A DNA stretch of 17,959 nt from Promethearchaeota archaeon (GTDB taxonomy: Archaea > Asgardarchaeota > Hermodarchaeia > Hermodarchaeales > Hermodarchaeaceae), in assembly GCA_048939245.1 (NCBI GenBank), contig JBHLPR010000046.1, forward strand, positions 1 through 17,959, in the 5' to 3' direction. Below are positions 16,045-17,959 of the stretch, piece after piece (within the stretch, counting starts at the first letter, position 1; each line of letters starts with the position of its first letter). The notes beneath the pieces were generated by a model. The model was not told the origin of the DNA, did no database searches, and saw only the letters and a list, made by a program, of their open reading frames with translations. Position numbers and translations under genes: made by a program.

Positions 16045-17061
16045 ATCCCTCGGGGCCTCGTCGTCAGTCAATGGGACACCAAAGAAGGACTCAAGATAAT
16101 ATCCAAATATCCTGCATCCTTAAACTTCAATGTCACTGATTTATCTCTGATGTATTATAACTGTGCTCCCCAAGACAACGGTACATCCTTCCAAACCTTC
16201 CCCTCTAATGATGTAAAGGAACGTGCGGCTGTAGCCTGTGCTCGGAAAAAACGAGAAGGAGCAGAAGACGATATTTGCATCACTGTCTTATTGACAAGCG
16301 AGGAAGAAGGCAGTGCCTATGAAGAAATTCTTAACAATACCTTACAACGGCTCATGAAAACAAACGTGAAACCTGCAAACCGAAAACGCCGATACCGACA
16401 AATTCTTTCCGATAGCTACAGAAAAATCGAACGACGAGGTGGATCTCGAGATCAGTCGCTATGCCCCTATATGTATGAAAGACCCATTAAAGATGGCGAA
16501 ATAACCTCCTACTGTCGAGTCGTCAAGAAGCAATGCTACCTGAACATCTACAAGATGCCCGGTTATCCTCAATGCCCCCGATATATCCGACGGCAACGCC
16601 AAATCCAACTAGCCAACGCCCGGCAACTCGTTCGCGCTGGAATACGTCGTATCCTTGAAGACTATGATCACGAAAGACAAAAGTTCAAAGATAAGAAACC
16701 TGGCCTCTGGAGTGAACCTGTTCATGCAATTCTCGACCGGCTCTTCGCCATCCTTGAAGTGGAACCCGCCACCGAAGAATACGCCCACAACGTCGTTGAA
16801 TATGTCGGGAACGAAGGGCTTTTCCAAGGTCATCCCCGACCTATTATTGCTGCTTCTATCGCCTATTATAGCGCAAAACAAACCGAAGATTCAATACCCG
16901 AAAATGATATAATCGAACTTGTAGGTTGTTCACGTACTTCCCTACGTCGAAACTATCGGGAGCTGCGCAGTCTGCTTAGTTCAGATGAGAAGAAACTACC
17001 CAAACACAAACCCCGACGACGCAACAAATCTACGGAAAAAGCCATCAGTCGCGCTGAATAA
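16045..17061 (+). CDS. uDENN/longin-like domain – Cys4 cluster – TFB/TFIIB cyclin-repeat fusion protein
   Basis: The frame of listed ORF 16150..17061 is open back to TGA 16036-16038 and reads IPRGLVVSQWDTKEGLKIISKYP (longin/uDENN 'WDxxxG..I...YP'). SD GGAAGGTGA at 16030-16038, 6 nt before ATC 16045. Middle: CPY...YC...C...QCPRY. C-terminus 'GLFQGHPRPIIAASIAYYSAK...IIELVGCSRTSLRRNYREL' is a TFB cyclin repeat with HTH. Confidence 0.72.
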   Translation: MPRGLVVSQWDTKEGLKIISKYPASLNFNVTDLSLMYYNCAPQDNGTSFQTFPSNDVKERAAVACARKKREGAEDDICITVLLTSEEEGSAYEEILNNTLQRLMKTNVKPANRKRRYRQILSDSYRKIERRGGSRDQSLCPYMYERPIKDGEITSYCRVVKKQCYLNIYKMPGYPQCPRYIRRQRQIQLANARQLVRAGIRRILEDYDHERQKFKDKKPGLWSEPVHAILDRLFAILEVEPATEEYAHNVVEYVGNEGLFQGHPRPIIAASIAYYSAKQTEDSIPENDIIELVGCSRTSLRRNYRELRSLLSSDEKKLPKHKPRRRNKSTEKAISRAE

Positions 17062-17082
17062 TCATCAGGAGAAAACAAAACC

Positions 17083-17952
17083 ATGATTCACAACATTTTC
17101 ATAATGGCCCGCGATGGACGTCTCGCCTTTCATCGGCAATACTGGTCTGTCGATATCGCTGCAGAAGAGCGGCAAGAATTTCTCGCCACATACAAACACT
17201 TCGAATCTGAACTTGGTAGTCAAGTTGATTTACCCATCCATGTGAAAAACATCAAATTCATCTACGCCGATGCTGGATCCCACCTCCTTTTGGTTTTCGC
17301 GGTGGACATGAGTGACGAAGACGATAAGATCAAAGATACCTTGAAAAAAACCCGCGAACTTCTCATTAACAAATTTGGTCACGAAATCGACGCCTATATC
17401 CAAAAACCCGTGCCTCTCGGCGAAGCTTTCAAAGGCTTTGCTGCTGAACTCGACAATGTCATCGTCACCATGCTCAAAATCTGCTTACTCGGACAAGGAG
17501 GCGTCGGCAAATCTACTATGCTTAAACTCCTCACCGCCGACAGCATCCCCGGCGACTACTACCCCACAATCGCCGTCGATATCGAAACCCTTCAAGGCGT
17601 CCGATTTGGACCCTACGAACTCGCCGTCTGGGACTTCGCTGGCCAAGATCGATTCCGCTCCCTCTGGAACTATTACCTCCGCAACGCCGACGCAGTCCTC
17701 CTCGTCACCGACTCCACCCTCAAAAACGTCCTCGAAACTCGCGACATCCTCGAAATTGTGCGCAAAAACTCCCCATCCTCAATCGTCTGGGCCATCGGCA
17801 ATAAACAAGACCTCCCCGGTGCACTCGCACCAAAACTCGTCCAACGCATCCTCGGTGTCCAAGCTTACGGTCTCGTCGCCATCGACCCCCGCTATCGAGA
17901 AGTTCTCTACAAAATCATCCTAGGTGCCGTCGCAGAAGCCACTACAGATTAA
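17083..17952 (+). CDS. Longin (AP sigma/mu-like) domain fused to an Arf-like small GTPase
   Basis: N-terminus 'MIHNIFIMARDGRLAFHRQY' is typical of adaptin-type longins. G1 GQGGVGKST, G2 YYPTI, G3 WDFAGQ(DRFRSLW), G4 NKQD(LPGAL). SD AGGAG; 21 nt after the upstream stop. Confidence 0.92.
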   Translation: MIHNIFIMARDGRLAFHRQYWSVDIAAEERQEFLATYKHFESELGSQVDLPIHVKNIKFIYADAGSHLLLVFAVDMSDEDDKIKDTLKKTRELLINKFGHEIDAYIQKPVPLGEAFKGFAAELDNVIVTMLKICLLGQGGVGKSTMLKLLTADSIPGDYYPTIAVDIETLQGVRFGPYELAVWDFAGQDRFRSLWNYYLRNADAVLLVTDSTLKNVLETRDILEIVRKNSPSSIVWAIGNKQDLPGALAPKLVQRILGVQAYGLVAIDPRYREVLYKIILGAVAEATTD

Positions 17953-17959
17953 CCATCCT

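Noticed and set aside
903-16912. Short ORFs nested in or antisense to real genes (903..1130, 3339..3521, 6137..6331, 6240..6431, 7363..7554, 8390..8671, 8672..8890, 8891..9073, 10070..10270, 10815..11108, 10865..11080, 11086..11289, 12225..12461, 13044..13244, 13121..13342, 14799..14993, 15504..15695, 16609..16881, 16655..16912)
   Set aside because: Shadow frames with no recognisable motifs, overlapping better-supported CDSs.
17375-17923. 182-aa Ser/Pro/Thr-rich overlapping ORF
   Set aside because: It is the +1 frame of the GTPase gene. C-ending codons put C in the middle position, giving S/P/T/A and suppressing stops.
1-17959. CRISPR array, tRNA/rRNA, IS element, integrase or prophage
   Set aside because: No regularly spaced repeats, cloverleafs, transposase/integrase motifs or terminal inverted repeats were seen by eye.

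Overview
Archaeal chromosomal window, very probably from an Asgard archaeon. That assignment is inferred from a longin–Arf-like GTPase fusion, two further proteins with uDENN/longin-like N-termini, TFB-derived domains and GGTGA-type Shine-Dalgarno (SD) motifs. Left to right: a 5'-truncated winged-HTH regulator followed by a tldD–pmbA pair; a minus-strand longin-like + TackOD1-like multi-zinc-ribbon protein; two paralogous ~470-aa double Lrp/AsnC-like regulators with a hairpin-bracketed small gene between them; two paralogous membrane-anchored BPL_N/GATase1-like hydrolases and an anchored serine hydrolase; a stand-alone TFB C-terminal cyclin-repeat gene; small metabolic or detoxification genes (4-TM protein, acetoacetate-decarboxylase family, SagB-type nitroreductase, VOC, GNAT); and a final gene pair encoding a longin-like–Cys4–TFB-cyclin fusion and a longin–Arf-like GTPase. 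The best candidate for an undescribed system is longin/GTPase signalling wired directly to transcription-type output domains. Both longin-output genes appear to start at a non-canonical ATC codon (same (M)PRG N-terminus) that the ORF track missed. No rRNA, tRNA, CRISPR array or mobile element was seen. All family calls are from motif recognition by eye, not database searches.
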